Positions 26,263 to 38,544 of a DNA stretch of 64,000 nucleotides are shown one piece after another; position 1 is the first letter of the stretch, and each line of letters opens with the position of its first letter. Position numbers and translations under genes: made by a program. This DNA is from Hemiscyllium ocellatum (taxonomy: Eukaryota): contig NC_083402.1 in assembly GCF_020745735.1 (NCBI RefSeq), positions 7,316,001 to 7,380,000 of the forward strand, in the 5' to 3' direction. The notes below the pieces were generated by a model. That model was not told the origin of the DNA and did no database searches. It saw only the letters and a program-made list of their open reading frames with translations.

Positions 26263-26281
26263 AAAAAAAAAAAAAAAAAAA
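26263..26281 (+). repeat. Poly(A) tract (A19) directly after the U1 3' end
   Basis: Seen directly in the sequence. Confidence 0.9.
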
Positions 26282-26287
26282 TTTTTG

Positions 26288-26594
26288 CGGGTGGCACGGT
26301 GACACAGTGGTTAACATTGCTGCCTCACAGCGCCAGAGACCTGGGTTCAATTCCCGCCTCAGGCAACTGACTGTGTGGAGTTTGCACATTCTCCCCGTGT
26401 CTGCGTGGGTTTCCTCCGGGAGCTCCAGTTTCCTCCCGCCGTCCAAAAATGTGCAGGTTAGGTGAATTGGCCATGCTAAATTGCCTGTAGTGTTAGGTGT
26501 AGAGGACTGGGTCTGGGTGGATTGCTCTTGGGAGGGTCAGTGTGGACTTGTTGGGCTGAAGGGCCTGTTTCCACACTCTAGGTAATCTAATCTA
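26288..26594 (+). mobile_element. tRNA-derived V-SINE (HE1-like)
   Basis: A-box/B-box head (TGGCACGGTGACACAGTGG; GGTTCAATTCC), V-core, TAATCTAATCT tail. Confidence 0.9.
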
Positions 26595-26789
26595 AAAAAA
26601 AGTCTGGGAGGCACCTTTATGCTCCCAGGAGGAGATGGCAGATGTTCAGTAGTAACTGGGACCTCATGGTCAGTTGGTCAGGGAGAGACCAAAATTTTCA
26701 GTTGGGTCTTGGGAGAAGGAGTCGGGCTGTTGATGCAACAGCATGAAGATTGAAAGCTCCCTGCCTAACCTTCCACTGTCAGCTCTTAA

Positions 26790-27200
26790 AATGAGAGAGG
26801 TAATGAGGTTCTAGAGCATTTGTATCTCTTTTTAGAAAGTAGACATACCCTTGGCTAATTTATTCCAAATCTAAATGAAAACGTAATGGTCGACAGAATA
26901 ATGACAGGCAGACTATGAGAAGCTAAAGATAATTTGAACTGGTATTAACTGCACCAAACTTTAACAAATCATTTCAATTAGCAGTCGATGTTTGCAATTT
27001 GAGGATTGGAGCAATTCTCCTATAGGTTGACGAGGCTGGGCTGGAGAGGTGGGTGACCTATTTTTCAAAAAAATTTGAACTAACATCAGAAAAACAACTT
27101 AATGGGAGAAAAGGAAGCAAAGTTGGCAGCTCTTCAATAATATGTTCGACGTGGAAACACTAAGACTGTCATTTTTACCGATCATCATCCACTGACTTAC
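26790..27200 (+). mobile_element. Gypsy RNase H fragment
   Basis: LAVDVCNLRIGAIL...YFSKK...EK...FTDHHPLT-like motifs. Confidence 0.6.
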
Positions 27201-27209
27201 ATAGAAGGA

Positions 27210-27730
27210 GCTTAGATCTACAGCTGGAGAGGTGTTGGAGGACTGGAGGAAAACCAGTGTGGTACAGTGATTCAAAATGTGAGCAAGGGATAAACCAGGT
27301 AGCTACAGGCCAGTCAGTCGGTAGCAGGGTAACTATTGGAAGCAATTGGAAGGGACTGAATTAACCTACCCTGGGAGAGGGATGAATTAAGCTAAAACAG
27401 ACAGCATGGTTTCGTCAGGGAGAGGAAAGCAGGAGATGGTTAGCTGGTTAGCCTGACCTCAATCATTTGTAAGATTTTTGAGTCCATTAGTAAAGAAGAT
27501 ATTGCAGAGTACTTGGAAGTGAATGGTAAAATAAGGCTGAGTCAGCATGTCTTCATTAAGGAGAGTTCATGCATGAAATTAATCTGTTAGAATTCTTTGA
27601 GGAGACAATGAACAAGTTAGATAAAGGAGAACAATTGGACATGATGTATTTGGATTTTCAGAAAGTCATCGACATGGTGTTTCACAGGAGGCTATTAAAA
27701 ATGTTAGAAGCCCATAGTGTTGGTTATTGG
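27210..27730 (+). mobile_element. CR1 fragments
   Basis: NLLEFFEE...DMMYLDFQKVIDMVFHRRLL. Confidence 0.7.
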
Positions 27731-27869
27731 TATAGTGTGATGATACTATAGCTTCAAGAAGTATACTTTGTCCTAGTTTTTTTTTAATGAAGAAGGGTTG
27801 GCACAGACGTGCCAGAATTTCTGATCCAAGCCAAAAAAGTAAAAAAGAACTTGGGAGTCCTTGAGGTGT

Positions 27870-28220
27870 TTTTAAAAATTGAAACAATAAAAGCAGCAGG
27901 AATGAGTGGGGTCAAGCTCCCACAGAATCAATATTATAGTTTACGTTTGAGGCCCTGTTGGGGTTTGGAAGTTTTTATATTTCTCTCCCTGCTATAGCAA
28001 TATGCTTGCATCCTCTCTCTCTCTCTTTCAGAGTTTGCACCTGATGTTGTCTCCTCCTGGATTGGAAAATTGCATGTGAGACAATCTATTTTACTGAATT
28101 TGCCTTTGCCAAGGGTGTGTTTGTAGGATGTTACTATATTGAAATAATTGCTATTAGTCATTAGATATCTATTATTCTGTTTAGTTTTCCAGTAGAGTTA
28201 ATTTTTTACAATTCTGCTTT
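27870..28220 (+). mobile_element. Partial solo LTR
   Basis: Similar to the reverse complement of 4395-4995 (TTTGCCTTTGCCAA...GTGTTT). Confidence 0.5.
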
Positions 28221-28369
28221 CTTTTATTTATATTTTCTATTGTTTATCGCACTTTCCACTTTCCCCTTCATCTATTTTCTTAGCTCACTTTAGACAACTC
28301 ATTTTCTTCATACTTCTGTAATTGCTTTCATTTAAGTTGAAAACACTGTTTAGACCCAATTTGTTTTGG

Positions 28370-29185
28370 CCCAAAGATAGGTTGAGTGGGCAATGGTCTA
28401 GCAGATAGAGTGCAATGTTGGTCAATGTGAGGTCATTCATATTGGTAGGAATAATAGCAAAATAGTCTATTATTTAAATGGTGAAAAAGTGCAACATGCA
28501 GGGGGACCTGAGGATACTTGTGCATGAATCACAAAAAGTTGGATTGAAGGTGCAGCAAGTAAGTTAGAATGCAAATGGATTTTTGTGCTTCATTGCTGGA
28601 GAGATGAAGTGTAAAACCAGGGAGGTTATGCTGCAGCTGTATAGGGTGCTGGGGAGATCTGTGTACAGTTTTTGGTCTCCTTAATTCAGAAAGGACATAC
28701 TGGCACAGGAAATGGTGCAGAGAAGGTTCACTAGTTTGATTCTGGAATTGAGTGCGATGGCTTATGGAGACAGATTGAGTAGTCTGGGGCTATATTCATT
28801 TGCATTTCAAAGAATTAGGGGAGATCTACATACAAAATTGTCGTGGAATATATAAAATAGAAACAGTGAGGTCCTTTCCACTGGCAGGTGAAACTAGAAC
28901 TGGGCGGCATAGCCTCAAAATAAGGAGGAGCAGATTGAGAATTGAGTGAGGAGGAACTTCTTCAAGGTTGTGAATCTGTGGAATTCCCTGCCCAGTGAAG
29001 CAGTGGAGGCTGCTTCATTGAATGTTTTTAAGGCAAAGGTAGATAGAACAGTAAAGATATTAAGGATTATGGTGAGTGGGCAGGTAAGTGGAGCAAAGGC
29101 CACAAAAAGATCAGGATCTTGAATAGCGGAGCAGGCTCAACAGGCCAGATGGTCTACTCTTGCTCCTGTTTCTTAAGTGCTTATG
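28370..29185 (+). mobile_element. CR1 3' portion
   Basis: CNVGQCEVIHIG, YCVQFWSP-like, QRRFTSLI motifs and tail. Confidence 0.75.
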
Positions 29186-29649
29186 TCAAACTGATTTAAA
29201 AATCTTAAATGTTGTGATTGCTATGCCTTAGTGGATCCTCAATCCTCATAATCTTCCCTCAATATACATGACTAGATCTGCATTACTATGTTCCTGGGCA
29301 AATTCTGCAATGTGGCTTGTCTAAGAAACAATACCTTCTGCATTCCTTGTTAACCTTGACTGTCTGATTTGTTGAGTCAACATTCAGATTAAAATCATAC
29401 ATGATAGTTGTAGTTCCGATCTTACAGACTATTTCCTGTTTGACCATTTATTCTGCATTGAGACAACCTTTCCATTGATCTAGAAACAGCTCCCACTAGG
29501 AATCTCTTTCTCTTATATTCTTTAATTTGCCCAAATCAATCCCACATTATGACTTATTTACTTATATGATGACTAATATATTGATAAATGTGATATATGG
29601 CATTTTGATAAAACAAACAAAGGCAATTCTCATACAATTAAAATTAGGG

Positions 29650-30412
29650 CCTTGTGCAATGTTGTAGAACAGACAGGCCTAGGGATTTGGGTACACAATT
29701 CTTTGAAGTTTGTTTCACATATAGATGTTAAGAAAGTTTTTAGCTTTCTTGCCTTCATTGCTCAGACTTTTGAGTATAAGAGTTGGGACATCATGTTGAG
29801 GCTATACAGGATGTTGGTGAAGCCTCTTCTGAAGTATTATGTTCAGTTCTAGTCTCTCTGTTACAGGTAGGATATCATTAATCTGGAGATGGTTCAGAAG
29901 AAATTTGCCAGGATGTTGCCCATAATAGAGGGCTTGAGTTTTCAGGAGAGGCTGGATAGGCTGGGATTTTTTTCACTGGAGCTTAGGAGGTTGACAATTG
30001 ACCATATAATGGTTTATAAAATCATGAGAAGTTTCGATAAGGGGGTCTTTTCCCTCGGGTGGGGTATTTCAAGACTGGAGAGTTTTTTTTTAAATGAGAG
30101 GAGAAATATTTTTAAAAAGACATGAAAGGCAATCTTTTTTTCCCACAAAGAATAGTTCCTGTTTCGAATGAACTTCCAGAGGAAGTGGTGGATGTGGGTA
30201 GAGTTACAACATTGAATTTTCAGAGGAAGTGATGGGTGCAGATAAGAGATATAACATTTAAAAGACATTTAGATAATTTCATGAATAAGAAATGTTTGGA
30301 GGGATATGGGCCAAGTGTAAGAGGGTGGGACTAGTTTATTTCAGAATTAAGGTCAATATGAATTGATTGATCAAAGGGTCTGTTTCTGTGCTGTATAATT
30401 CTGTGACTCCAC
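29650..30412 (+). mobile_element. CR1 3' portion
   Basis: LRLYRMLVKPLLKYYVQF; VQKKFARML...LGFFSLELRRL; tail. Confidence 0.8.
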
Positions 30413-31642
30413 TCCCAACAATGCTAATACCTCCCTTTATTAGCGATTTGACTCCTTCTCCCTCCAACTGAATCCCACCTCCCAGCCCCACCCATACCCC
30501 CAAAATCAATTTAAAGCCCTTAATAAGTTGGTAAAATGTATAGGGACCAAGAGCTGCAAAATGGGAGAAGGATAGTCAGATCTATGTTGGTTGATGTATT
30601 GGCCAAATGACTTCTTTCTATTCTATAAATGGCGAACAGTCCATGATTCTATAATGAAAATGTGAAGGAATGATCCTTCACACTAGGAATAGTTCATGAC
30701 TGGCTGACTAACTGTAATTAATACTCATCATATTGATAAAAGGGCAATGAGGCAGAAATAGACACAATGTAACTTTCTACATTGAATTTATTTTCTATCT
30801 ACCATAAAAATCTTGTAACCGCACGTCATTCATTCAATTACAATGGTCAGCCACCGACAAGGTTTGGTTACATCAAGTGGCAAATTTTGACTTTCTTAAT
30901 TCTGTATTTGTAAGACAAGTAATATTTGTAAGAAGTAAAGGCAAATGCTTTAATTTCATCATTGTTAATTCTCAATCAGTTATGTCCCAGTATCTCTTTG
31001 AAACCTGGTTGTGTCTGCAGTGTTTTGTACCTCCCCTCACTCTCTGGAAGGTCACATGATGTGGGCTATGTCCCACTGGGAGCTCTGATTAGAATGTTTT
31101 GGCAACTTTAGGTGAGCAATGTTATCTTGCTTTCATTTTTTTTGTAAAACTAATGATTTCTCCCTCATGAAGAAGCAGCAGTGAAGGAAAAGGCACATCT
31201 TGCTGAACAGCAACAACTTTGGGAACTAAATACCAGACTGCAGACGGGTCACCATGGAGGAGAAAATTCCAGGATTAACAAAATGAATTTGAAAGGCCAG
31301 TGTTAAAAAGTACTTTACTGCCTCCCCGCACTGCGACTGACAGGAGGACTGCAGAAAGAGAAACATAGAGAGATCTCATCATCAATATTTCAGCATTTCA
31401 TCCTTCTCACTCATTTACTTTTGTCATTTTACAGAAAAATGCAGAAGTTACTTGACTTCCTGTGCTCTACCAAAGAAATGTTGATCGACTTAAATAATAT
31501 GAACCAGAAATGGGAAGTCTGTGAACAGCACAGGATCAGATAAAAAATGTAGCTCGGGGAATCCCTGTTTTTTTCTATTCATTCATTGGTTGAGAGTGTC
31601 ACTGGCTAGGTCAGCATTTATCAATTAGGTCTTTGGATTAAC

Positions 31643-31743
31643 AGCTGAAAATGTGTTGCTGGAAAAGCGCAGCAAGTCAGGCAGCATCCAAGGAGCAGGA
31701 GAATCGACGTTTCGGGCATGAGCCTTTCTTCAGGAATGGGCTC
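31643..31743 (-). mobile_element. PLE terminal-repeat insertion
   Basis: TSD TGGATTAAC at 31634-31642 and 31744-31752. Confidence 0.8.
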
Positions 31744-32117
31744 TGGATTAACTGTCCAGCAATAAAACCACTAGGTGATTACCTCCTCTCCTTGTACTAT
31801 TGAAGGAAGAGTGACTGGCGTGTACCCTAGAACTTCTGTCCTGAATACATATCATGGGATAAGGGCTGACCCAGGATCACAGATCTCTGGTAAACTAGTG
31901 AGTAATCTATGTGTAGGCACATGCAAATTCAGTGTGTCTGGTTTACACACACACATACAAATCCTAACTACCCCAAAGAATTGCAATAAATTCTGTTGTG
32001 GCTGCTAAAGCCAGAATGTAGTTTGCATATCATTTCTGCACTTGGCACAATTTTCTTCTCAGAGCCTGGATGCTTTGGAGCTGCATTTTGTGTCTTTTTG
32101 GCTAAGTTTGAGCTGTG

Positions 32118-33022
32118 AGGAGAAAGTGAGGACTGCAGATGCTGGAGATCAGAGCTGAAAATGTGTTGCCGGAAAAGTGCAGCAGGTCAGGCAGCATCCA
32201 AGGAACAGGAGAATCGACGTTTTGGGAAGTGACTTCCGAAAAGACCACTCCCTCCATGACTCCCTCGTCAGGTCCACACCCCCCACCAACCCAACCTCCA
32301 CTCCCGGCACCTTCCTCTGCAACTGTAAGAAATGCAAAACGTGCGACCACACCTCCTCCCTTACTTCTCTCCAAGGCCCCATGGGATCCCGCCATATCCG
32401 CCACAAATTCACCTGCACCTCCACACACATCATTTATTGCATCCGCTGCACCCGATGTGGCCTCGTCTATAATGGGGAGACAGGCCGCCTACTTGCGGAA
32501 AGTTTCAGAGAACACCTCTGGGACACCCAGACCAATCAACCCAACCACCCCGTGGCTCAACATTTCAACGCCCCCTCCCACTCCACCAAGGACATGCAGG
32601 TCCTTGGACTCCTCCATCGCCAGACCATAGCAACATGACGGTTGGAGGAAGAGCGCCTCATCTTCCGCCTAGGAACCCTCCAACCACACGGGATGAACTC
32701 AGATTTCTCCAGTTTCCTCATTTCTCCTCCCCCGACCTTGTCTCAGTCAAATCCCTCAAACTCAGCACCGCCTTCCTAACCTGAAATCTTCTTCCTGACC
32801 TCTCCGCCCCCATCCCACTCCGGCCTATCACCCTCACCTTGACTTCCTTCCACCTATCGCATTTCCAAAGCCCCCCCCACAAGTCCCTCCTCCCTACCTT
32901 TTGTCTTAGCCTGCTGGACACACTTTCCTCATTCCTGAAGAAGGGTTTATGCCAAAAACGTCGATTCTCCTGTTCCTTGGATGCTGCCTGACCTGCTGCG
33001 CTTTTCTAGCAACACATTTTCA
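32118..33022 (+). mobile_element. 5'-truncated Neptune-type PLE with GIY-YIG endonuclease and inverted 5' terminal repeat
   Basis: CNCKKCKTC knuckle, FTCTSTHIIYCIRCTRCGLVYNGETGR, VAQHFN, RLGTLQPHGMN. 17-bp TSD GCTAAGTTTGAGCTGTG at 32101-32117 and 33023-33039. Confidence 0.92.
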
Positions 33023-33085
33023 GCTAAGTTTGAGCTGTGCCAAGTTTTTTTGAGCATTTATACCGGCTTCTCTGTCTCATTGCAG

Positions 33086-33290
33086 GAGGAAAATAGCTCA
33101 CCATAGGGCAGAAAGAATCAAGACAGAGGGTCTGCTGCTTATCACTCAGCTCCTCATTCCTTATGTGGACAGCATCATGACTCTGACTAGCCTGAGCAAG
33201 GCCTAGATGTATCAGAGACTGCACTCAGCTTATTGTGCCAGGAAGACCTCCCAGAAAGGCTGTCTCCCTGACTCAACTGAAGATGACTGA
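33086..33290 (+). mobile_element. Possible PIF/Harbinger Myb/SANT-like ORF exon remnant
   Basis: Strong acceptor CTCTGTCTCATTGCAG, then RKIAHHRAERIKTEG...LLIPYVD, resembling the KxAHNRxERxKTGGG...LTPYE motif as I recall it; internal stop. Confidence 0.4.
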
Positions 33291-33875
33291 CAACAATAAC
33301 AAGCTTCCTGTGTCTATGCTAAATGTATAACAAGACAGCAATAATATTAGCCTGGTATCTCTGGCTGATGGAGCAAAGTGCTAAAAAGGCAAGGCAGGGG
33401 TATTGTGAGCATCCAGGGATACTGTTCGGGAGCACTTTGACCAATCACACTGAAGGAATGGCAATATGTTTCTAAGTCAGAATGGTGAGTCGCTTGGAGG
33501 GAAATTTGCAGGTGATGGTGTTCCCAGGTATCTGCTACCTTGTTCCTCCTCAATGGACATGGTCGTGGGTTTGGAAGATGCTGTCTAAGAACCTTTGGTA
33601 ACTTTCTGCAGTGCATCTTGTAGATAGTACGCACTGCTGCATTTCAGTGTTGGGTGGTAGTTGGAGTGAATGCTTGTGGATATGGTGCCCATCAAGTGTG
33701 CTGGACAGTGTCAAGCCTCTTGAGTATTGTTGAAGCCGCACCCACCCAGGCAAGCATTCAGTATTCCAATACATTACTGACTTGTGACTTGTAGGTGTTA
33801 GATAGAATTTGGAACTCAGGAAATGAGTTACACACTGCAGGTTTCCTTGCCCTTATCTGGGTCAATAACATGTGC

Positions 33876-34058
33876 AGCTGGAAAACATACAGCAGGTCAA
33901 GCAGCATCGGAAGAGCAGGAGAGTCCATGTTTCAGGCAGGACCCTTCAGCAGTCCACTCTTCTGCTCTTCTGATGATGCTTGACTGGCTGCTCTTTGTTT
34001 CAGATCTACTTTTTATCAATTCTGAGTTTCCAGCATCTGCAGTCCTCAGTATTTCCAA
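33876..34058. mobile_element. Degenerate PLE hairpin
   Basis: Diverged inverted arms of the same terminal repeat family. Confidence 0.6.
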
Positions 34059-34269
34059 CTCATCCTTGTAGCCATTGTGTTCATATCGCAAGTTCAGTTG
34101 AGTCTCTGCTCAATGGTAATCCCAAGGATATTGATGGATTCAGTGATGGTAACAGCATTAAATGTCATGAGGTGGTCTCATTGGAGATGATTATTGCCTG
34201 TCATTTGTGTGGCACAATTGTTACTTGACATTTTTCAGCCCAAGCCTGATATTTTCCTGATGTGAAGGT

Positions 34270-34860
34270 GCCAGTATTGTACTGGGGTGGACAAGATGAG
34301 AAGTCACATGATACTAAGTTATATTCCAACAGGTTTAATTTGAAATCACAAGCTTTTGGAGCACTGGTCCTAAGATATAGTCCTTCATCAGGTGAAGTGG
34401 AGGGAAGAGCACAGGCATAGAATTTATCAGTAGAGAGATCAAAAGATAGGACAAATGGCATCAGTGGTGTGTCGACAGGCTGAGTAACAAGTCAGTGCAC
34501 GTGATCAAAAGTATCCAGTAGTGTGAGTAAAGTGCTAACAGCTGAATAACAAGTGAAAGGATGGCCTATGATCTGATTAGTTGAGGCAGAGAGATAATTA
34601 CAATGAATTAAAAATAAGATGGTGCTGGAGACAAACCAAATGGCTGGAATAATATGATAGGTATATGTGTCATATATCGAGGGTTTAACCAAAGTAATGG
34701 GTAATCCAAAACTCTGCAAACTGAGATAGAGAGTTCATAATAAGAACTTATATTAATGGTGTCAAAACAGAAGAGTAAGGAAGATTTTGCAAATACCCAT
34801 GAAGACAGCCTCAATCATGATTTTGGGTTCACGTCACACTGTATGTAACTCCACCTACTG
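34270..34860. mobile_element. PLE of a third family (inverted 3' UTR plus ORF end)
   Basis: ACAGGTTTAATTTGAAATCACAAGCTTTTGGAGC is the inverse of the 61130-61200 tail; plus-strand THEDSLNHDFGFTSHCM* ORF terminus. Confidence 0.6.
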
Positions 34861-34889
34861 TTCCATATTTATAAAATCTTCCTGAATGT

Positions 34890-36110
34890 TCTGTTTAGAT
34901 CTTGTGATCTCACCTTACAACCAATCTGCTATGTTGAACTTTCTTGAAGGCCTTGCTAAAGTCCATGTAGACAATATCGCCTGCTCCACCTTGCTCTAGC
35001 TTCTTGGTCATCTCTGTGAGAAACTCAATCAAATTTGTGAGACAGGATTTTCCACACAAAAAGCCATACTGACTATCCGAATCTGTCTTTGCCTTTCCAA
35101 ATGCATGAAGGTCGTGTCTCTCAAGAACTCTCCAACTACTTACCAATCATTGACGTTAGGCCCACTGGTCTGTAATTCCCTGCTTTTTTTCTTGCAGCCT
35201 TTTTTAAACAGTGATGTAATAGTGGCCACTCTCCAGTCTTCTGATACCTCATCCAAACATTGAGGATGATACAAATATCTCTGCCAGTGGCTCCATAATT
35301 TTTCCATTAGCTTCCCACAATGTCCTAGGATATATTTGATCAGATCCTAGGGATTCACCTACCTTTAAGCATTTTTAAACTTCCAGCACCTTGTCTTGTG
35401 TAATGTTTATTCGTCTCAAGTCATCATTACTTATCTGCCTGAGTTCGCTAACTTCCATTCTTTCATAACTTCAATACTTCGGAAGATATAGGAGCAGAAT
35501 TAGGCCATTTGGCCCATCAAGACTGATCCGCCACTCGATCATGGTTAATATGCTCCTCAGCCCCATTCTCCTGCCTTCTCCCCAAAACCCTTCAACCCAT
35601 TGCCAATTAAAAATCCTCCTTAACTTCACTCATTGCCCCAGCATTTTGGGTTAGCAAATTCCACAGATTCACAACATTTTGGGAGAAGTAGTTTCTCCTT
35701 AACTTTGTTTTAAATTTGCTATTCCTTTCCGAAGACTATGACCTCTCATCCTAGAATGCTCCTCAGGAAAAAGTGTTTGTTCCACGTCTATTTTATCCAT
35801 TCCCTTTATTGTCTTGAATACCTCAATTTGATCTCCCATCATTCTTCTAAATTTCAGAGAATATAGGCCGAAATTGTTTAATCTCTCTTCATATGACAAA
35901 TCCCTCATCGCTGATCAATTTCTTCATGGTGAATACTGATGCAAAATACTCATTTAGGATTGTATGCATCTCCTGTGGTTCCACACATAGATGGCTCTGT
36001 TGATCATTAAGGGGCCCGATTCTCTCCCTAGTTACTCTTTTGCCTTTAATATACTTAGAGAATTTCTTTGGATTCTCCTTAACCTGTCTGCAAAAGCTGT
36101 CTCATTTAGT
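34890..36110 (-). mobile_element. CR1 fragments
   Basis: GFLCGKSCLTNLIEF...DIVYMDFSKAF; LYSLKFRRMMGDQIEVFK. Confidence 0.75.
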
Positions 36111-36630
36111 CCGCCTAAAGAAATGAAATTAGAAGTTCAACATGACAGTCCTTCTTAAGGGCTTAGCCATTTCATACTAACCCGTGCACTCTGTCTATTC
36201 TCCCACCATGTCTATTACCAGTTGGACACTATTTAGCAACTTGTGGGCAACTCATGTTCTCACTCATCCCTAATGCCTCTTATAGCACTTTGTGTGAACT
36301 GATGACCTCACTCCACCCATCCCTATCAACCCTTATCAGCTCTGTGCCAACTGATGTTTCCAACAACCACACTTCGCTCTTTTCAGGATCTATAAGGAAA
36401 AGGTAGGAAAGTGGAGTTGAGCATTATTCAATCAGTCATGATTGTATTGAATAGCAGTGCAGATTTAAGACAGGTATAAATTCATACAGCACGAAACAGA
36501 TCCTTCGGTCCAACTTCTCCATGCTGACTAGGTTTCCCAAACTAAACTTGTCCCACCTCTATCCCTTCAAACATGTACATGCCCAAATGTCTTTTAAATG
36601 TTGCAACTTCCTCAAGCAATTTATTCCATC

Positions 36631-37246
36631 TGTTATGGACCAGGCCAGGCCCCTTAAAACATTCCAAGAAAGTAGTCCAGACCCTAACTCTGCTAGTTGT
36701 TTTAAGTAGACGTAACATGGATATTCCAGGAGAGATGCATTGGTCAATCCACGTAGTTTTAAACAAAACAGAATTTATTTACAACGTCACCAAATGAAAC
36801 ACAAACAAAAGAGAACAGAATACTGAATAACGTAACCTATTGAAAAACCCAATCGATCATCCCAACTTAATGATGCTGCTCCAAAGATTTGGAACAATTC
36901 CCATAAAAACCTCTTGGCACAAAAGGAAAAAAATCAAACAATGGGTCTTACAGGGGAGAAGTCAGAGAAAGTACCAGCAAAGACCTGCTTCTTTGAATCC
37001 AGCAGATTCCAAATAAAACCAAACCAGAGTAAAGCTGAGCTGGGAGAAATGGCCACACTCCTTTCACTGTACAAGTGTTCTTGTTAAAACTTGAAAGCCT
37101 TCTGCTTCAGGCAGTACCTAGTAGCTATATACAAATTGGCCCTGAAACCCGTCAACCCCAGACTTTTTGGAGTCTGTGTCATTTACGACCTCTCTTTATA
37201 AAAACCAAGGACAACATAACCTTGTTAAAGGAACAGCTTCACCTCA
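36631..37246 (-). mobile_element. Solo LTR inserted in a CR1 3' fragment
   Basis: TG...CA termini, near-match 5-bp flanks CCATC/CCACC; inverse of the 14705-15292 family. Confidence 0.8.
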
Positions 37247-37555
37247 CCACCTCCCCCCCCCTTAAAATGAACAATCAATATCCAAAGGTGGCTTAAATTT
37301 AAAATTCCTTCAATCTAAATTGTTAGTACTCTAAAACACACATGTACATTACATCGACTACAAACATGCAAGCACACCTGCCACTGAACGTCTCTGTTTC
37401 TCATTCAAATCTCAACAATTCATCAGCAATCACATTTCCTTGTCCTGTCCACCCAAATTGTTGGCTTTTAACAACAAGCTCCATCTAAACAGTCTGGCAT
37501 TTTTGTCCTTAAATTTCTCCACTAACCTCAATTGGTTATGATCAGTGTACATCGA

Positions 37556-38280
37556 GTCATAGAGTCATAGAGATGTACAGCATGGAAACAGACCCTTAAG
37601 TCCAAACCGTCCATGCCGACCAGACATCCCAAACCAATCTAGTCCCACCTGCCAGCACCCAGTCCATATCCCTCCAAACCTTCCTATTCATATACCCATC
37701 CAGATGCCTTTTATATATTGCAATTGTACCAGCCTCCACCACTTCCTCTGGCAGCTCATTCCATGCATGTACCACCCTCTGTGTGAGAAAATTGCCCCTT
37801 AGGTCTCTTTTATATCTTTCCCCTCTCACTCTAAACCTATGCCCTCTAGTTCTGCACTCCCCCTCCCCAGGGAAAAGTCTTTGTCTATTTATTCTATCCA
37901 TGCCCCTCATAATTTTGTAAACCTCTATAAGGTCACCCCTCAGCTCCAGGGAAAACAGCCCCAGCCTGTTCATCCTGTCCTTATAGCTCAAATCCTCCAA
38001 CCCTGGCAGCATCCTTGTAAATCTTTTCTGAATCCTTTCAAGTTTCACAACATCTTTCTGATACGATGGAGACCAGAATTGCACAAATTTTCCAACATTG
38101 GCCTAACCAATGACATGTACAGCTGCGACATGACCTCCCAACTCCTGTACTCTATGCTCTGACCAATAAAGGAAGGTCTTCTTCACTATCATATCTACCT
38201 GCAACTCCACTTTCAAGGAGCTATGAACCTGCACTCCAAGGTCTTTTTGTTCAGCAACACTCCCTAGGAACTTATCATAC
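37556..38280 (-). mobile_element. CR1 3' end
   Basis: QFWSPSYQKDVVKLERIQKRFTRMLPG; (CTATGACT)n tail. Confidence 0.9.
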
Positions 38281-38544
38281 ATGATTGTCTCAGATACGTT
38301 ACTAGTAACATAAACATTGAAATGTTGTAACACCAACACAAAGCTCAAAGTCTCCTTCTCAACTGTCGAACATTTCTACTGATGAATGTTCAATTTCCTG
38401 GAAAAATACCCAATACATCTTTCTAGCTTCTCATCATCTTCTTGTAAGAGCACAGCATCAACACTTGCATCGATAGCCACCTTGAATGGCTTTGCTTTAT
38501 TAGGTGTGGCTCATACTAGGTCAGTGGTTAACACAGCTTTAGAA

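Noticed and set aside
31168-31305. Coiled-coil-like peptide EEAAVKEKAHLAEQQQLWELNTRLQ
   Set aside because: Short, no clear splice sites, no recognisable family.
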